In this document: piece after piece, positions 47,076-57,012 of the stretch
How positions within the stretch are numbered: the first letter of the stretch is position 1
Layout of the letters: each line of letters starts with the position of its first letter
IMG/VR virus record: IMGVR_UViG_3300046096_000928
Span: 28,554-92,553 of that record
DNA: 64,000 bases
From: a virus
Strand: one strand, 5' to 3'
The notes under the pieces: generated by a model
The model's input: the letters and a program-made list of their open reading frames with translations, nothing else
Databases searched by the model: none
What the model was told of the DNA's origin: nothing
Made by a program: the position numbers and the translations under genes

Positions 47076-48379
47076 ATATAATAGCAGAAGCTAAAATAAT
47101 AGGGTATTTTTTATGGAGTGAAAATTTATTATCCCTTTTGCAGATAGAGAGAAAATTATTTCAAGGGGATTTACACAAAGCAATTTACGAAAAAATAGTA
47201 TTTTTAGACAAAAAGAGTAAAGATTTAAGTTCAGGTAATTTAATTACTGAATTGAATAGAGATCGGACTGAGGATATATCTAATACTATAAATGAGATGG
47301 TATTAGTTGCTATGGACTCATCAGAAGTTTTCGACTTGCAAGTATTGATAAAAGAATTAGAAGAAGCTAGATTAAGAACTGATGCACAAGAATTAGCTTT
47401 AAGGATTCAAAAAATATCTTTAGATAAAACTTTAGACTCTAGTCAGATACTAATGGCTATTAAAGAAGATATGGATAGTTTTGTAGATGGTATTGCCTTA
47501 GATGATAAATATCCTTTAAAATTTATATCGCAAGGAATATTTGAGACATTAGAATCGACAAAAACAGGTGTTACGACTACTGCATCAGGATTAGATGGAT
47601 TAGATGGGTTGATAGGGGGATTATTACCTCAGGAAATAACGGTATTAGGTGGACGACCTGGTGATGGTAAAACTTATGCTGGACTTATTATCGGTCATAA
47701 TATAGCAATAAAAGGGAAACCAACAGTCTTTTTTAGCTCAGAAATGTCATTACAAAGCCTTGCAAGAAGATATGTAATTAAAGAATATTTTGCAGAATAT
47801 TCGGAGATATTACCTAGAACAAAATTACTGGGAAAAGAGGAGCTTACTGAAATTGAAACAAATAGGATTCAATTTTTATATGAAAAGTATTTTGACTTAC
47901 CTTTTTTAGTACAAGATAAACCCGGAAGCATTCTAACCATGTCTGATATAAAAAATAATTTATTAGACACAAAAAAAATGTATGGAGAAATAGGATTAGT
48001 AGTTGTTGATTATATCCAAATGATTGCAGATAAACCAAATTTAGGAGAACCATTAACAAAAGCCATAACGAGAGCTTTGTATGATTTAAGAAGTTTAGCA
48101 AAAGAATTTGACTGTCCATTTTTAATTTTAGCACAAGTAAGTAGTAAAAGCCCAGCTACTAGGAGTGATAAAAGACCTATTATTTCTGATCTATGTGACT
48201 CTGGTGGTATAGCACAAGCCGCCGACAATATTGTATTCATGTACCGTGAATATACAAATAATAAAGAAGCTGACCCTAATGATTTAGAAATAATTGTAGC
48301 TAAATCAAGAAATGGTGAAATTGGTACAATTCTATGCTCATTCGATGCACGTACAGGAGTTTTAAAAGGAGTAGATTAA
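47072..48379 (+). CDS. dnaB: DnaB-like replicative helicase
   Basis: GRPGDGKT, FSSEM, VDYIQ, LAQ, SG.I.Q.AD and AKSRNG. Confidence 0.92.
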   Translation: MNIIAEAKIIGYFLWSENLLSLLQIERKLFQGDLHKAIYEKIVFLDKKSKDLSSGNLITELNRDRTEDISNTINEMVLVAMDSSEVFDLQVLIKELEEARLRTDAQELALRIQKISLDKTLDSSQILMAIKEDMDSFVDGIALDDKYPLKFISQGIFETLESTKTGVTTTASGLDGLDGLIGGLLPQEITVLGGRPGDGKTYAGLIIGHNIAIKGKPTVFFSSEMSLQSLARRYVIKEYFAEYSEILPRTKLLGKEELTEIETNRIQFLYEKYFDLPFLVQDKPGSILTMSDIKNNLLDTKKMYGEIGLVVVDYIQMIADKPNLGEPLTKAITRALYDLRSLAKEFDCPFLILAQVSSKSPATRSDKRPIISDLCDSGGIAQAADNIVFMYREYTNNKEADPNDLEIIVAKSRNGEIGTILCSFDARTGVLKGVD

Positions 48380-48380
48380 T

Positions 48381-48939
48381 ATGGCTAAAAAATGGAATCA
48401 AGAAGAAGACGATTTGCTTGAGAAATTTGTTAACACCGTTACAGTGCTAACGATTGTAGAAAAATTGGGGCAATTAAATTCTGACAGAGATATAAAAAGG
48501 AGTGAAGCTACAGTTAGAGCAAGATTGCAAAAACTAGGTTATTCGGTAAAAGCCACAGAAAATAATATGTCTTGTTTTCTGTGGGGTCGAATGCTTGGAA
48601 TTTCATTTCGTAAAATCAGAAGATGGACAAAAAATCATGGTTTATCTTTTGAAGAACAAAATTGTCAGATTCATGTAAGCCGTAAAGCAATGATTGCTTT
48701 AGCTAAAAGGAAACCGCAGTTTTTTGCAGAAATCAAAAAAGATATTTTGATTTCTTATTTTGGAGCTGATTTAACAGAAAGAATATTGACCATCTATTAT
48801 ATATAAAGCTAAAAAAATCAAAAGGACTGATACAGGACTGGTTTATCCAAGTATATCAGAGGCATCTCGTAGTCTAGGAATTAGCAGAAGTACTATTAGG
48901 AAAGAAATACATCGAGATGGTTGGTTAAAAACTATTTAA
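48381..48939 (+). pseudogene. HTH/NUMOD1-like protein, frameshifted paralog of next gene
   Basis: Homology continues in another frame (IKRTDTGLVYPSISEASRSLG...DGWLKTI). Confidence 0.65.
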
Positions 48940-48953
48940 TTTTCAAGAAGCAA

Positions 48954-49538
48954 ATGGCAAGTAACAAAGCATGGTCTGAGAGTGAATTAGAATTATTAGA
49001 AATATTAGTAAATATTTACCCGCCTGAAATGATTACAGGTAAGATAAATAAATTTAATCGGAAACATAAAACAGGAGTCACTAGGACGAAAAATGCTGTT
49101 GAAGTTAAAATAAATCGAATAGGTTATTCTCAATTAGCTACGGAGGATAATATGTCAGCTAGAGAATGGGCAAGATCACTAGGAGTAAATTCTTATAGAG
49201 TGCAGGGTTGGATTAGAAAACAAGGACTACAAGCTATTAAAGGTTGTAATTATTGGATTATAAGTAAAAATAATATGATCGAATTTGCAAATAAAAGACC
49301 TGAACTATTAGCGGTGGTATCAAAAGATATTTTGTTGTATTACTTTGGCGAATCATTAACTCATTTTATTTTGAGTAAAAATAAAATGAGTCCACCTATG
49401 TCAGTTCGGTACAAAATTAAAAGAACAGATACCGGATTAATCTATTCTAGTTTGACGAAAGCGGCCAAAGATTTAGGAATGAATAGACATTCAGTAAGGA
49501 ATGAAGCAAAACGCAATGGTTGGTTGAAATTTGTTTAA
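48954..49538 (+). CDS. HTH DNA-binding protein with NUMOD1-like C-terminus
   Basis: WSESE..LL and IKRTDTGLIYSSLTKAAKDLG. Confidence 0.6.
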   Translation: MASNKAWSESELELLEILVNIYPPEMITGKINKFNRKHKTGVTRTKNAVEVKINRIGYSQLATEDNMSAREWARSLGVNSYRVQGWIRKQGLQAIKGCNYWIISKNNMIEFANKRPELLAVVSKDILLYYFGESLTHFILSKNKMSPPMSVRYKIKRTDTGLIYSSLTKAAKDLGMNRHSVRNEAKRNGWLKFV

Positions 49539-49577
49539 AATCAGCCATGTTAAAATAGAGAAAAGTATGGGAAAAGT

Positions 49578-49820
49578 ATGAAAAATTATTTTAGAATATT
49601 GATAAAGACACTATGGGAAATGTTTATAACATTTTGCTTGATTGTACAATTCAAAATTAGATTAATTTTTTGGCAGCCAACAACTGAGACAATCTTATTT
49701 GATAGTTTTCTAAAAGATGAAACATACCAATTATTTATTGAGTATTATTTTCCAGTATTATATCAAAAATTCATTTATTTACTTAAAGAGACTTTGACTT
49801 GCAATGGGAATGAATTTTGA
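49578..49820 (+). CDS. Hypothetical protein
   Basis: 80-aa ORF preceded by TGTTAAAAT. Confidence 0.4.
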   Translation: MKNYFRILIKTLWEMFITFCLIVQFKIRLIFWQPTTETILFDSFLKDETYQLFIEYYFPVLYQKFIYLLKETLTCNGNEF

Positions 49821-50436
49821 TTCTAAAAGACTAAAAGATAAAATCGAGTTTAGAGAAAATTCTTATTATTATAAATCAAATAAACGTCAATTAAATGATT
49901 GTGATTTAGGTAAATTAGTAAGACAAGAAGTAGAACGGGCTGTAAAAAAACAAGAAAAAATAGCAATACAATTAGTAGTAGGAAAAATAGATTTTGAGAC
50001 ATGGCAAAAAAAATCTATTCAACTGGTTAAAACAACTCATGTTAATATGATGCGATTAGGACGTGGTGGTGCTAGAAATACTTTTGGCATCCATTATTTA
50101 GAAGTGGGAAATGATTTAAGAAAAGTTCATTATCCAGCACATAAAAAATTTTCACAAGACATAAAAAAAGGCAAGTTAACAGCTAAACAAATCGTTAATA
50201 GAGCTAGACAATATGGCTTTGCTATTAAATCTACTTATGAGCGAGGTAGATTGAGTATTGAAATTTTCAAAAAAGTAAAAGAGGCTCGTCGATTATTGGG
50301 AAATTGCAAAAATCATTGTAGTGATTGTGTCGAATATGCAAGTAGAGGATGGGTAAATTTAAGTGATTTGATTTTACCTGGTATGGCTTGTCAGTGTAGG
50401 CAAAAGTGTTGTTGTTTTGTTGAATATGGGAAATAA
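49804..50436 (+). CDS. Minor head/morphogenesis protein (Mu gpF-like)
   Basis: HCSDC..YA..GW..PG..CQC...CCC C-terminal motif. Confidence 0.65.
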   Translation: MGMNFDSKRLKDKIEFRENSYYYKSNKRQLNDCDLGKLVRQEVERAVKKQEKIAIQLVVGKIDFETWQKKSIQLVKTTHVNMMRLGRGGARNTFGIHYLEVGNDLRKVHYPAHKKFSQDIKKGKLTAKQIVNRARQYGFAIKSTYERGRLSIEIFKKVKEARRLLGNCKNHCSDCVEYASRGWVNLSDLILPGMACQCRQKCCCFVEYGK

Positions 50437-50499
50437 AATATGTATTAAGAGTGCAAAATATTATATAATTAAGATATAACAAACAAACAGATTAAGAAA

Positions 50500-51063
50500 A
50501 TGCAAATAAAAGATATAATTGAGAATCAAACTCAGAAATTAAATGAAACCCTCGCTACGATTGAATCAATCCAATTCCAACTAAATGAGCTAAAGCAATC
50601 GTTAAGAGTCGAGCAGCAACTAGCTCAAGCTCAAAAGACGGCAGAAAATGAAGTAAATAAATGGTTAAAAGAAGGAGAGAAATTGCTTAAAGATTGTACG
50701 GGAGTATTCCCTATTGATTTTCTTGACGGCATTAAAGATAAAATAGATGATTTGACAGAAAATGTCAAAGATAATTATTTAGAATTGTCTCAAAGTGATC
50801 GCTTTCTTCATGCAGAAATAGAAGAAAAAAACGATATTCCCTTAATAGTACCGTCAGATGATCTTACACAATTTGAAGAAATGATTGATAGTTTAGATGA
50901 AGTAGATTTTAAAAAATTGAAAATAATTTGTGACATCTCAACGAGGATAAATACCAGAATTACTGTTGCTAAAAAATTGCAGGGGAAAATGAGTTTTGAA
51001 AAGTTAGTTGAAATAATTAATTCTTTTAAATCTAATCTTTATTTACTTAAAACAGCAAATTAA
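50500..51063 (+). CDS. Coiled-coil hypothetical protein
   Basis: Heptad-rich 187-aa ORF. Confidence 0.55.
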   Translation: MQIKDIIENQTQKLNETLATIESIQFQLNELKQSLRVEQQLAQAQKTAENEVNKWLKEGEKLLKDCTGVFPIDFLDGIKDKIDDLTENVKDNYLELSQSDRFLHAEIEEKNDIPLIVPSDDLTQFEEMIDSLDEVDFKKLKIICDISTRINTRITVAKKLQGKMSFEKLVEIINSFKSNLYLLKTAN

Positions 51064-51164
51064 AATAAAATAAAAGTAGGAGCGTTAATATTGAATCCTC
51101 CATTTTTCCAAATAAAATAAAGGATTCAATATTAAGTAAAATAGCTTGATCGCCTACTTTTATT

Positions 51165-51449
51165 TTATTTAATTAGTTTTGCTTTTAACAATCCCTCATT
51201 ATTAAATTCGGCTACTGTTAAATCAATTAACTTAATAGTTGTTTTAATGCCACCTAATCTATTGGTAATAACCAGTTTTGATTTCTCATTTACGGGAAAG
51301 CTCACTTCGTAGAAAATTAAACCATTTTGAATTGTTTTACTAGAGGTAAACGCTGGTTTTATTTCTTCTACTAATAGTTCTGTTTCTACAGAAATATTCT
51401 CAACTATTGTCATATCTGTTTCCTCTATTTTCTTTTTCATAATATCCAT
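51165..51449 (-). CDS. Hypothetical protein
   Basis: 94-aa ORF. Confidence 0.5.
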   Translation of the reverse strand: MDIMKKKIEETDMTIVENISVETELLVEEIKPAFTSSKTIQNGLIFYEVSFPVNEKSKLVITNRLGGIKTTIKLIDLTVAEFNNEGLLKAKLIK

Positions 51450-51657
51450 GTAATATTAAAGTTACACTTTATATTATAACAAATAGAATTAATCAGAAAT
51501 GTAAAAATACTGGGAAAATTAAGCTATGATGTTTATCTCAAGACGGAACAGTGAAATGGTATATTATTTAAACAAGGTAAAAGTGCTATAGATGATCTGT
51601 GCCAAACGATTTTGTTAATAACCTCAGAGATATAATTAACAAATATAAGGAGTTTTT

Positions 51658-51858
51658 ATGGAAATCTATGACCAATTATTTGAAGGCAAATTAAGAGGAA
51701 AAGTAATTACAGATACAATATATTCTGATCATCGTGATCGGGATTGTATTGAATTCTATTTTGAAGATGGAACTTCAATATTTATAGTCTCACAGGGTTT
51801 TTTTTATACTATACAATTTGAGGGAGAAGAGCAAGTAAAAAAAGACCCAGATAATTAA
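51658..51858 (+). CDS. Hypothetical protein
   Basis: AAGGAG SD, 66 aa. Confidence 0.5.
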   Translation: MEIYDQLFEGKLRGKVITDTIYSDHRDRDCIEFYFEDGTSIFIVSQGFFYTIQFEGEEQVKKDPDN

Positions 51859-52247
51859 AGATAAGTATTGATTTCATTCATTAAACTTTCATCAATATTA
51901 ATGGGTTTAATTAATATCTTACCTTCATCCCCCCAAACTTTGAGGTGATGAATATTCCAGACATGAGCATCGTCTTTATAAATAGAATCCAAGATAGCCT
52001 TTTCGCAATTATCTATATCTGGTTTTTGTTGATGAGGCTGTCCTTTCATTAATGTTTTTTTCTTTTTACTCCAAGATGTAGGCATAGGGTAAACGAACAC
52101 CATTAGACAAGGTTGTGGTATTTCAGTTAAATGTTCACGAAGGCGATCGCCAAAGTCCCAATAACGAATTACACAATCTCTACGTTTCCATTTATCTGAT
52201 CTACTCATACGAGGTTTACCTATAGGGGTAACAGGTATTACTAACAT
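51855..52247 (-). CDS. rusA: RusA-family Holliday junction resolvase
   Basis: P.GKPR, P.SWSKKK and KPDIDN..KA.LD....DD. Confidence 0.9.
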   Translation of the reverse strand: MLVIPVTPIGKPRMSRSDKWKRRDCVIRYWDFGDRLREHLTEIPQPCLMVFVYPMPTSWSKKKKTLMKGQPHQQKPDIDNCEKAILDSIYKDDAHVWNIHHLKVWGDEGKILIKPINIDESLMNEINTYL

Positions 52248-52663
52248 TTATTACCTCCGAAAATAACAATCATACTATCGTGCATTGGTGTTTTTGTAGT
52301 TACATATTCCCCTTTCGTATTAATGCCTAAAAATCTTATTCTTTTCTCTATAAAACGGATGTCTTTGGCATTAGGCAAAATATATTTATGGAATAGTTTA
52401 GTGCTAGTAGAAACGGGCAGTAACATAACGCACAATTTACCTTTTTTACTTTCTTCAATTGCTTTTAAAACAAAGGCTTGTTTTAACTTGAGTGAGTACG
52501 GGGGATTAATAAAATTACTTTGTTGCCAGTCAATGGTTAAACCATCAAAGTCATTGTGTAAAGGACAAGGATCAAAATCAAATTGAAATTCTTTATTTAA
52601 GTTCTGATATATTTCTTGTGGTGTTTTCCAATCATCACGAGCGGGTAAATTTCTATTTTTCAT
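52241..52663 (-). CDS. Phage N6-adenine DNA methyltransferase (Dam-like)
   Basis: DDWKTP, FDFDPC, FINPPYS and RI.F. Confidence 0.88.
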   Translation of the reverse strand: MKNRNLPARDDWKTPQEIYQNLNKEFQFDFDPCPLHNDFDGLTIDWQQSNFINPPYSLKLKQAFVLKAIEESKKGKLCVMLLPVSTSTKLFHKYILPNAKDIRFIEKRIRFLGINTKGEYVTTKTPMHDSMIVIFGGNKC

Positions 52664-53115
52664 TATTTAATTCTATCAAAACAGGTAAAAAGTTTTTTCC
52701 TAATAGAGTTGAGGTACATTAAGGTTACTAATTGTGGTGCATAAAGGAATTTTTCTTGATCCGTTATTTTTGTCCAATTAATGATTTTCTCATCTAATCC
52801 TAAATTGTAAGTAATATAACCTGAGTTGGTAGCTCCATAATAATCTTGGTAAAGTCTTTTTTGATCCTTAACATTCTTTAATGATTTGAAATTTGGCAAA
52901 TCTTTTTTAAGAGTTTTAAATAAGACTTCTTGAGAATCAAGATTCGTATAGTAGAAAATGTTTGATTTTAGTCTTTTTGTGAAAGCCGATAACTGAGCAT
53001 AATTTAATTCGAAAATATCGATTACTTGCAATTTATCACCTTCTAATAAACCAAAACTTAAGTAGAAGGTGAATAGGCTATCAAAATGAATAAAAGCTAT
53101 ATATTTAGATTCCAT
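52663..53115 (-). CDS. Hypothetical protein
   Basis: Coupled ORF downstream of terminase. Confidence 0.5.
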   Translation of the reverse strand: MESKYIAFIHFDSLFTFYLSFGLLEGDKLQVIDIFELNYAQLSAFTKRLKSNIFYYTNLDSQEVLFKTLKKDLPNFKSLKNVKDQKRLYQDYYGATNSGYITYNLGLDEKIINWTKITDQEKFLYAPQLVTLMYLNSIRKKLFTCFDRIK

Positions 53116-53410
53116 TTAGTTCTTTTTTTCTAATTGGAGTTATTTCTAATTCCCCATCTTCTTTTTCCCGTACAGAGACTTTGTCTCCATATCTAATTTT
53201 GGATGTAGCTATTCCTATAATAACGTTATCATTCTGTTTCATAGGCACTATGTCTAACTTCCCGTCTTCTCTTTCTTTTAAAAAGACAAATTGACCATAG
53301 CTTATTCGTGACTTAGCTATTCCTTGAATAATGGAATCATTATCTTCAATTTTATTTTTATGATCACCAAAATAATAATTCAATATTTTTTTTATTCTTT
53401 TTAATAACAT
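53105..53410 (-). CDS. Protein with ~35-aa internal tandem duplication
   Basis: GIAKSRISYG..EREDGKLDIVP and GIATSKIRYG..EKEDGELEITP. Confidence 0.6.
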   Translation of the reverse strand: MLLKRIKKILNYYFGDHKNKIEDNDSIIQGIAKSRISYGQFVFLKEREDGKLDIVPMKQNDNVIIGIATSKIRYGDKVSVREKEDGELEITPIRKKELNGI

Positions 53411-53447
53411 TTTTCTTCTTTGTAGTTTTTTTGTATTATAACAAGAA

Positions 53448-54956
53448 TTAATACAAAATTAAGTTTTTTTGTGCAATTGGTAAAGATAAATCAGCGTATT
53501 TATAATAAGTAAAATCCTCTATCAACATAGTGAGAAAAGCGGTAGCCATTACTATATCATCATGGCTACCGCTGACAGCCTCCATTCTTCCATCTTCTTT
53601 TTTCTGAAAAGATAAAAATTCATCTCTTACCATTGCACTATTAGCTAAGGATAATTTATGTTGTTCTAAAAGCATATTTAACCTTTCGATCATCATAGGT
53701 TTTGATTCGCCCGTAGTTCTAATTTTAATAAAAGTAATGTCAGGGTGTTGTATCTGTAATCTCTCAAGGTAAACTTGCCCAACACCTCCTGTTATCTCAA
53801 TACCTACTTTAATCGGTTTATACTTTCCGATTAATTCACTGATTTGATAGATATGGTATTCTGAAGGTTTTTCTCTTTTTCTATACATTTCTACTTGAGA
53901 ATAGTGATTGTCATAGCATTCAAAAACCATAGCTACTAGATAATCTTTACCAATAGTTGCCGTATCTAAAGTGATATAATAATCACTACTTTCTTTAGGT
54001 GTATCATCAAGCTGTTTTAAATGGCAAGTTGATCTAATTAATTCTGATAAGAAAACCATTGAAGCGGCACTATTAAAACATAAGTCATACTCTTGCTTAA
54101 CTGATTCAAAAGAGGCTTTCTTTTTTTTAGTAATATTTTCTAAGTAGTCACCCTGCTTACTATAAACAGGGTGTGCTTTCCAGTGAGTAACATATTTTCC
54201 CCAACCACTGTCATCCGTCCATATCTGAGTAGGTGGTAAAGAACCAGCCCTGACTTTTTCAATAATATCTAAAGGATTTTTGTTATCTGGATTATCGGAC
54301 ATCAATTTTTGATAATACCACCCAGCCTGACCGTTAGGAGTTGAGCCAATAATGGTACGGGCTTGATCTCCAACCATTTCTTGAGAGGGCATATTAGCCT
54401 CAAATGTCATTTCTATTTTTTCTATAAATCCTGCCTCATCATAAAAAATATCAGAGACTGAATCTATACCACGACCAGCTTCGGGTTTAGAGTTAAGAAA
54501 ATGAATATCTCCCCCATATTTGAAAGCAATGTTTTGAGCGTTACTATTTTTTGTTTCTCCTATCCCATATCTCTGTAACTCATCTACTAATGCTCTCATC
54601 CTCCTTGCTAGGTTCGAGGTGTCTTTTTGCCCTTTAGAAAAAACAATAGCTGTATAAGCTGGATTATTTATCGCTTTGAATAGAAAAATTAAGATTACTG
54701 TCATAGAAAAACCCATCTGACGAGATTTGACTACTAAGGTAAAATTATGAGATTCAATTGTATTGTAAAGATCGATTTGATAGTCATAAGGCACTAGATT
54801 GACGTATTTATTCCCCGATCTTATTTTGAGTAAAGAACAAAATTGTACCCAGTCCGTAGGTATGATGATTTTAGATTTTGCAGGAGTTCGTTCCTGTCTG
54901 AATTTTTCAAGTAAGATTAAATCTTGTTTATTGAGAAGGTTTAATCTATTCGCCAT
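53448..54956 (-). CDS. terL: Terminase large subunit
   Basis: KSRQMGFS Walker A, FYDE Walker B, STPNG and HDD.VMA nuclease motif. Confidence 0.92.
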   Translation of the reverse strand: MANRLNLLNKQDLILLEKFRQERTPAKSKIIIPTDWVQFCSLLKIRSGNKYVNLVPYDYQIDLYNTIESHNFTLVVKSRQMGFSMTVILIFLFKAINNPAYTAIVFSKGQKDTSNLARRMRALVDELQRYGIGETKNSNAQNIAFKYGGDIHFLNSKPEAGRGIDSVSDIFYDEAGFIEKIEMTFEANMPSQEMVGDQARTIIGSTPNGQAGWYYQKLMSDNPDNKNPLDIIEKVRAGSLPPTQIWTDDSGWGKYVTHWKAHPVYSKQGDYLENITKKKKASFESVKQEYDLCFNSAASMVFLSELIRSTCHLKQLDDTPKESSDYYITLDTATIGKDYLVAMVFECYDNHYSQVEMYRKREKPSEYHIYQISELIGKYKPIKVGIEITGGVGQVYLERLQIQHPDITFIKIRTTGESKPMMIERLNMLLEQHKLSLANSAMVRDEFLSFQKKEDGRMEAVSGSHDDIVMATAFLTMLIEDFTYYKYADLSLPIAQKNLILY

Positions 54957-55338
54957 CTACTCTAAGCTCCAACTCTATTTGTTGCTTTATCTCATCTATT
55001 TTATATCTGGTATGAATGGTTGCCATCATATCTAAGTTTTCATAAACAGCTCTTAATAAATATCTTGCCGCTTCCATTCTTATTCTTTCGTCTTTTGTTG
55101 TTTTCATTACTTGATATAAGGCTTTTTGACCTTCTTTTATATAAATGTGAGATAAATCTTGCGTTTCTAATAAAACTGTTTTTCTTCTTTCTTGTAATTC
55201 TTTTTCAAAATCTTTACTTTTTCTTAATTGATTTATTTGTTTCAGTGTCATTCCATGACGTTTCATTATTTCTTCTAATGGAATATCCTCTAAGAAACAA
55301 TTTATTAACTTTTCTCTTGTTGTTGTTACTTTAACCAT
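54946..55338 (-). CDS. terS: Terminase small subunit (HTH)
   Basis: N-terminal HTH, RMEAARYLL; overlaps terL start. Confidence 0.65.
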   Translation of the reverse strand: MVKVTTTREKLINCFLEDIPLEEIMKRHGMTLKQINQLRKSKDFEKELQERRKTVLLETQDLSHIYIKEGQKALYQVMKTTKDERIRMEAARYLLRAVYENLDMMATIHTRYKIDEIKQQIELELRVDGE

Positions 55339-55516
55339 AATATATCGAAAATAATTATTTATAGTTTAACATAATACATTACAGCTATATTACACATTGT
55401 TTATAGTAAGGAAATAGTTAAAAGAAAACAAGAAATAAAGGAAGAAAAATTACAAAAAAAATGCAATTTTTACTTATTTAAGATAAAATGATTACAACAG
55501 TGCTACTGAGGAAAAC

Positions 55517-56245
55517 ATGAAAGATTTTTTATGGAATAGGATAACTAAACCAATAAAATTATTTCAAGAAAACGGTGGAATTGTAGGTGTCTGTGAAAAA
55601 GGTGGTCGATTGCTAGGTAAGACGTTAGAAGGGATTTTTAACGTAGGGATTTATCCCCTATTCGGAGTGAGCTTGATTGTACTTGTTACTTATGACTACC
55701 TTAAGAAAGATGAGTATATACCTTCGCTTTTAACTGGAGATTCCGAACCTACAATCAAACTTACTTCGGGGAATAAAACTATTGATTTAGAAATTGAATT
55801 AATAGAAAAAAGGATTTCTAAGGGGGCAAAAAAAGATATTGAAGAATTGTTTGAAATGACTTGTTTTGATAAAGAAATATTTATCAGTCAATATAAGAAG
55901 AAAGTAAAACAATTCCATCCTGACAGCACTAATGGTAGCGATTCTCTATTTCTTGAGTTCAAAAAGTTAGCTGAAGAAATCAGGTGGAAATGGTTTATCG
56001 ATATGAAAAATCTTGATTCAGATGACAAAAGGAAATTTGAATTACAGGAGTTCCCTGAGCTTAGGCATTATAGTTATCTGTATGCCCAAAATCCCAAATA
56101 TAGCACAAATAAAGTGGTAGGAACTATAAGAATAATTAAACCAGCATCTTGTGCAGATGATCTTTATTACTGTCGAGATATGGAAACAAAAAATATTGTT
56201 GAATTAACAGAGCAGGAGTTAGCAACCCATGACATACAGAACTAA
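55517..56245 (+). CDS. Membrane protein with J-domain-like HPD motif
   Basis: TM helix; YKKKVKQFHPD...G...F. Confidence 0.6.
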   Translation: MKDFLWNRITKPIKLFQENGGIVGVCEKGGRLLGKTLEGIFNVGIYPLFGVSLIVLVTYDYLKKDEYIPSLLTGDSEPTIKLTSGNKTIDLEIELIEKRISKGAKKDIEELFEMTCFDKEIFISQYKKKVKQFHPDSTNGSDSLFLEFKKLAEEIRWKWFIDMKNLDSDDKRKFELQEFPELRHYSYLYAQNPKYSTNKVVGTIRIIKPASCADDLYYCRDMETKNIVELTEQELATHDIQN

Positions 56246-56630
56246 AGAATTTATCCCTGAAGTCTATCCTACAGATAGTTATGTTACGGCAAGAAAAAAA
56301 GAGTCACCTACCGAATCCTATACTTGTTATTACGATAATTGTATTTTGAAACCTAGACAGTGGTTAGGTATTTTTATCCAATTATATCTTGCTTATTCTG
56401 ATGTTAAGGGGTTTGCCTCCCCTACTAATTATGAACTTTTAGAAGTGGCTAATGAGAGTTGGGAACATTTTTCACATAAGCCGTTTGAAATCCAAGATAT
56501 TAGTTTAGTTTTAAAGTATTTAGAGAATAAAGAGATTATTGCTAATCAAGCAGGTTATCAATTACAAGCCTCTAAACCTTTACCTCTTTTATCGGCGATC
56601 TCGAATCTATTAAATAAAAAAATATTTTGA
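56229..56630 (+). CDS. Hypothetical winged-helix-like protein
   Basis: Coupled ORF; LKYLENKEII pattern. Confidence 0.45.
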   Translation: MTYRTKEFIPEVYPTDSYVTARKKESPTESYTCYYDNCILKPRQWLGIFIQLYLAYSDVKGFASPTNYELLEVANESWEHFSHKPFEIQDISLVLKYLENKEIIANQAGYQLQASKPLPLLSAISNLLNKKIF

Positions 56631-56640
56631 GGAGTAATAA

Positions 56641-57012
56641 ATGAGATTTGAATGTAAAGCAGAAGACTTAAAGAAAACGGCAAAATCTTTAAGTGATCTT
56701 AATAAAGCAGATGGTGTTTTGATTGTGTCATGGACAATGCGTGAAGAAGAAGAAGATGTAATGTTAAATGTAGCCTATTTCGGACAGTATCAAATCCGAT
56801 TTACTTTATCAAATACATATAGCAATGATCCCGTCATAATGCCTGTCAAGAAAATAACCAATATATACAAAAGTGTAGTATCGATTCCTTTTGACGTTTT
56901 TCTTGAATTGTTATCTGAGGTAGAGGATCAATCAGATTTAATTTTGGAGATTACTGACGAAAAAATGGATATATATCAATTAAATAATCAAGGAGTAAAT
57001 AATGCAGTTTAA
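56641..57012 (+). CDS. Single clamp-domain-like protein
   Basis: MRFEC..EDL and SIPFDVFLELL parallel DnaN domain I (MQFKC..LDL, TVPYKIFKDMI). Confidence 0.45.
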   Translation: MRFECKAEDLKKTAKSLSDLNKADGVLIVSWTMREEEEDVMLNVAYFGQYQIRFTLSNTYSNDPVIMPVKKITNIYKSVVSIPFDVFLELLSEVEDQSDLILEITDEKMDIYQLNNQGVNNAV

